From Opitutia bacterium (GTDB taxonomy: Bacteria; Verrucomicrobiota; Verrucomicrobiia; Opitutales; Opitutaceae): a DNA stretch of 64,000 bases. Both the position numbers and the translations under genes were made by a program. The notes beneath the pieces are model-generated. The model was not told where the DNA came from. It worked only from the letters and a program-made list of their open reading frames with translations, and ran no database searches. Shown here one piece after another: positions 60,857-64,000 of this stretch. Numbering within the stretch: position 1 is the first letter of the stretch; the number at the start of each line of letters is the position of its first letter. The stretch covers positions 512,001-576,000 of the forward strand of contig CANJVR010000002.1 of NCBI GenBank assembly GCA_947478395.1. The letters are read 5' to 3'.

Positions 60857-63487
60857 ATGCTCCGCCTCAATCTGCCACCCAATCTGGCCGCCGCCATCGT
60901 GCGCGACGCCGTCCCGATCAAGGTGGAACTTGATCTAGCCACCGTGCCGGCGCCCGGCTTGCTGCCCGTGCTCGCCGTGCTGCAACGGCTGTGTGGCGCG
61001 ACCCCGCCCGCGTTCATCCAGCTCACGCGCGCCCAACTCCGGGAAATCGCCACCGCCGCCGCCGACCAGCCGATTTTCCAGCACAACGGCCAGCTCGGCG
61101 TCTGGCGTCATGGCAATCTCCTCGGCGCGGACCCGGCGAAATCTGAAAACTCCAAAGCCCAATCTCCAAGCGCCAAACCCGGCGTTTCGTCCGCCCAACT
61201 TAAAACCCAAAACTCAAAACCCAAAACTGCGCCCAGTGGCGCCGCGCCGAGTCCACTGCTCGTCGACGGTTCTGAAAACTTCCTCGCCCTGACCCTGCCC
61301 TCGCCCGAGCACCCGCAATATGCCCGCGCCCTCGATCTGGTAAAATCCTCCGGCTTCGCCCTCGATCCGTCGTCACGCAAATGGTGGCTCCGCGACCGCC
61401 ACAAGACGCTCAATTTTTTAGCGACCTACGGCGAACGTCTTCGCGTTGGTTTCGACGCCGATTTCACGCCGAACTTCGAGCAGAACACCGCCCGGCTTCG
61501 TCCGGCCGAAATTATCGCCGACGCCGCCGAGACGGCCGGTGGTTACGCTGTCACGCTGGGCCTGCGCGCGGGCTCGGCCGACGACGGGTTGCTGCGTGAC
61601 GCGCTGGCAACCAACCGCCACTACCTCGAATCGAACGGCCACGTTTTCCTGCTCGAACCGGCGAAGCTCGCGCAGCTCGCCACCGCCCAACGCGCCCTCG
61701 CCGGCGATCCCACCGCGACAATCGCGCCGCGCCGTTCACAGCGGGTCAGCACCGCGCGCGTCGCCGAAGCGGAGGCGATCATCGAGGAACTGGCGCCTGG
61801 CTTTCAGCCGCCCGCGACCTGGCGGACGCGGAGCGCGGCCCTGCGCAACCTCACGTCGCTCGCGCGTGCCCCGATTCCCGCGCCGCTCGACGCCCAGCTG
61901 CGACCTTATCAGCGCCTCGGCGTCGCGTGGCTCTGGCATCTACATCGCTCGGAGTTGGCTGGTATTCTCGCCGACGAGATGGGTCTCGGAAAAACCCTGC
62001 AAGCGCTCGCGCTGCTCAGCGCAGTGCAGGTAGGGCGGGTTATCCCTAACCCGCCGGTTGTGCTCAGCGCACCCAACAGCTCCGAGTCGCTCCGGCGGGT
62101 TAGGGATAACCCGCCCTACCTGCAACCCAACCCGCAACCCGAAACCCAAAACCCGAAACCGCGACCAGCGTCGCTGGTGGTCGCGCCCGCCTCGCTGCTC
62201 GAAAACTGGCGCCGCGAAACGCTGCGCTTTGCACCGTCGCTCCGCGTGTTTGTGCATCACGGCGAACACCGGCTCCTCAGCGTGGCCGATTTGGCCGCGC
62301 ATGATCTCATTATCACGAGTTACGGCACGCTGACCCGCGATCAGGACCTTTTTGCGGCGGCCGAACTTACCGTGGTGATCGCCGACGAAGCCCAGCATAT
62401 CAAAAACCGTCGCTCCCAAAACGCCGCTGCCCTGCGTTCGCTGCGGGCGCGCAGCCGTTTTCTACTGACGGGCACGCCGCTCGAAAACTCGCTCGACGAT
62501 CTTCGTTCCCTCTTCGAATTCCTTTTGCCCGGTTACCTGACGCGGGTCCCGGCCGGCCTGCGCGGCGACGAACGCGCCTGGTACGATCAACGCCTGCGCG
62601 CCCAAACCGCGCCGTATATTCTCCGTCGCACTAAAGTGGCCGTCGCGCCTGAGCTGCCGGCTAAACTCGAGCAGATCATCTGGTGTGAATTCACGGCGGC
62701 GCAGGCCAAACTCTACCGTGAGACTCAGGAAGCGTCCGAGCGCCAGCTCCTGGACCTCGCCGCCGGGGGAGCGAGCGAAAGCCGGCTACAGTTCGCCGCC
62801 CTCACGCAACTCCTCCGCCTCCGCCAAATCTGCTGCGACCCGCGGTTGGTCGCGGCGGGACGCGCCGACTCCGAGGTAGGGCGCGTTATCCCTAACGCGC
62901 CGGTTGCACTCAGCGGACCAGAAACTCTCGAATCGCCCCGGCGGGTTAAGGATAACCCGCCCTACCTCGGCTCCGCCAAATTGGAGGCTTTCCGCGAACT
63001 CCTCGCCGAGGCGATCGACGATGGCCATCGGATCCTCGTTTTTTCTCAATTCACTTCCCTCCTCGCGCTGCTGCGGGACGAACTGGCCGCGCAGGAAATC
63101 GCGCATTGTTACCTCGACGGTTCGATGACGCCCAAAGCGCGTCAGGCCGAGGTCGACCGTTTTCAAGCTTCCGACGAGGTCCCGCTCTTTCTGCTCTCAC
63201 TCAAAGCGGGCGGCACCGGACTCAATCTCACCGGCGCCGACACGGTGATCCATTTTGATCCCTGGTGGAATCCGGCCGCGGAGGCCCAAGCGACGGATCG
63301 AGCGCACCGCATCGGCCAGACGCGCGCCGTGACGAGTTACAAACTCATCTGTGCCGGTTCCGTGGAGGAAAAAGTACTCGCGCTCCAAACCGAAAAACGC
63401 GCTCTGCTCGCCGATGTATTCGAGGCCAGCGACGCCATCGCCGGGAAACTCTCCCTTGGCGATCTCCGCGAGCTACTGCGGACCTAA
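60857..63487 (+). CDS. SNF2-family (DEAQ) helicase/ATPase carrying in-frame repeat insertions
   Basis: LRPYQ, ILADEMGLGKT, DEAQHIKN, LTGTPLEN, LRRTK, FSQF, SLKAGGTGLNL, WWNP..QATDRAHRIGQ. Confidence 0.95.
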   Translation: MLRLNLPPNLAAAIVRDAVPIKVELDLATVPAPGLLPVLAVLQRLCGATPPAFIQLTRAQLREIATAAADQPIFQHNGQLGVWRHGNLLGADPAKSENSKAQSPSAKPGVSSAQLKTQNSKPKTAPSGAAPSPLLVDGSENFLALTLPSPEHPQYARALDLVKSSGFALDPSSRKWWLRDRHKTLNFLATYGERLRVGFDADFTPNFEQNTARLRPAEIIADAAETAGGYAVTLGLRAGSADDGLLRDALATNRHYLESNGHVFLLEPAKLAQLATAQRALAGDPTATIAPRRSQRVSTARVAEAEAIIEELAPGFQPPATWRTRSAALRNLTSLARAPIPAPLDAQLRPYQRLGVAWLWHLHRSELAGILADEMGLGKTLQALALLSAVQVGRVIPNPPVVLSAPNSSESLRRVRDNPPYLQPNPQPETQNPKPRPASLVVAPASLLENWRRETLRFAPSLRVFVHHGEHRLLSVADLAAHDLIITSYGTLTRDQDLFAAAELTVVIADEAQHIKNRRSQNAAALRSLRARSRFLLTGTPLENSLDDLRSLFEFLLPGYLTRVPAGLRGDERAWYDQRLRAQTAPYILRRTKVAVAPELPAKLEQIIWCEFTAAQAKLYRETQEASERQLLDLAAGGASESRLQFAALTQLLRLRQICCDPRLVAAGRADSEVGRVIPNAPVALSGPETLESPRRVKDNPPYLGSAKLEAFRELLAEAIDDGHRILVFSQFTSLLALLRDELAAQEIAHCYLDGSMTPKARQAEVDRFQASDEVPLFLLSLKAGGTGLNLTGADTVIHFDPWWNPAAEAQATDRAHRIGQTRAVTSYKLICAGSVEEKVLALQTEKRALLADVFEASDAIAGKLSLGDLRELLRT
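62030..62119. mobile_element. 90-bp REP/REPIN-like MITE, in-frame copy 1
   Basis: Perfect 33-bp inverted repeats 62025-62057 / 62092-62124 with GTAG...CTAC ends. Each arm has an internal 9-bp hairpin. Confidence 0.8.
62876..62965. mobile_element. 90-bp REP/REPIN-like MITE, in-frame copy 2
   Basis: Same arms and length as copy 1; the 34-bp spacer matches copy 1 at 22 positions. Confidence 0.8.
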
Positions 63488-64000
63488 AACCAATTTTCTT
63501 TCGGACCTCGGAACCTTTCGCAGTCGCCAGCGTTGTCCGCTGCCGACGATAAAACCGGCGCAGCGTTTACTTCCGCATCGGCACGGATGCAGCCGCCATT
63601 CCTTGAAGCTGAAACCATAGTCGAAGGTGAGCTCCTCGCCGGCTCCGATTTCCCGCCGGGCCAAGATCCAGATTCGGCCGCGGATCACCTCGACGCGACA
63701 GTTGGGTGTGCAGGAATGGTTGATCCACCGCGCCACATTCTGCCGCGAACGCCCATCGATATCGTAGCGCCGGGTTAGGTCGAAAATATAGACGGAGCCA
63801 TCGCCGCCCCTGCGCTGCCGTTCCAATCGCCGTGCTTCCCGCCGCATGGCTTCTGCCTTCGTGATGCGCTCGCCAGTGTATTCGATCACTTTCGTCGCAT
63901 CGGGAATCGCCAGCCGGGCGTATACGCCGCGTCCGTGAATCAGGGAACGCTGGGCCACGACCCATCGGGATTTCGCCGCTGGCCGTGTCGCTGGAGTTCG
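63473..64000 (-). CDS. SET-domain lysine methyltransferase with post-SET (start uncertain; frame open to window edge)
   Basis: IHGRGVYA, IEYTGE, ARWINHSCTPN, GEELTFDY, CRCGSKRC. Confidence 0.92.
   Translation of the reverse strand, partial: RTPATRPAAKSRWVVAQRSLIHGRGVYARLAIPDATKVIEYTGERITKAEAMRREARRLERQRRGGDGSVYIFDLTRRYDIDGRSRQNVARWINHSCTPNCRVEVIRGRIWILARREIGAGEELTFDYGFSFKEWRLHPCRCGSKRCAGFIVGSGQRWRLRKVPRSERKLVLGPQ

Noticed and set aside
62025..62970. SNF2 insertions as inteins, introns or a CRISPR array
   Set aside because: Only 30 aa, with no Cys/Ser start or His-Asn end and no intron core. The repeats are inverted, the spacers are homologous, and no cas genes are present.

Overview
A ~62% GC bacterial chromosomal window of mostly housekeeping and carbohydrate genes. 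Protein style and gene order suggest Verrucomicrobiota/Opitutaceae (inference, no search run). It holds about 57 CDS: rsgA, purA, clpS, proS, argA, tsaA, rpsA, the kdgD-gudP-gudD glucarate operon, kdsB, carA, dapF, an ECF sigma/anti-sigma pair, fabV, prfA-prmC, two TonB-dependent receptors (one behind a TPP riboswitch), an SNF2 helicase and a SET-domain gene. I saw no rRNA, tRNA, CRISPR array, prophage or transposase. Main unexplained signals: (1) a 90-bp GTAG-type palindromic element (REP/REPIN-like) inserted twice in frame in the SNF2 helicase, giving two homologous 30-aa peptides, with decayed ~90-bp copies between genes; (2) heptamer tandem repeats that occur both between genes and inside proteins; (3) an unannotated ~105-nt sRNA candidate with a G/U-rich seed-like region; (4) a DapF with both catalytic Cys replaced by Ser; (5) an RF1 with substitutions at normally invariant positions, including the stop-codon-reading Gln; (6) a Lys-rich coiled-coil/HTH nucleoid-protein candidate; (7) a 30-aa membrane microprotein missing from the ORF track.
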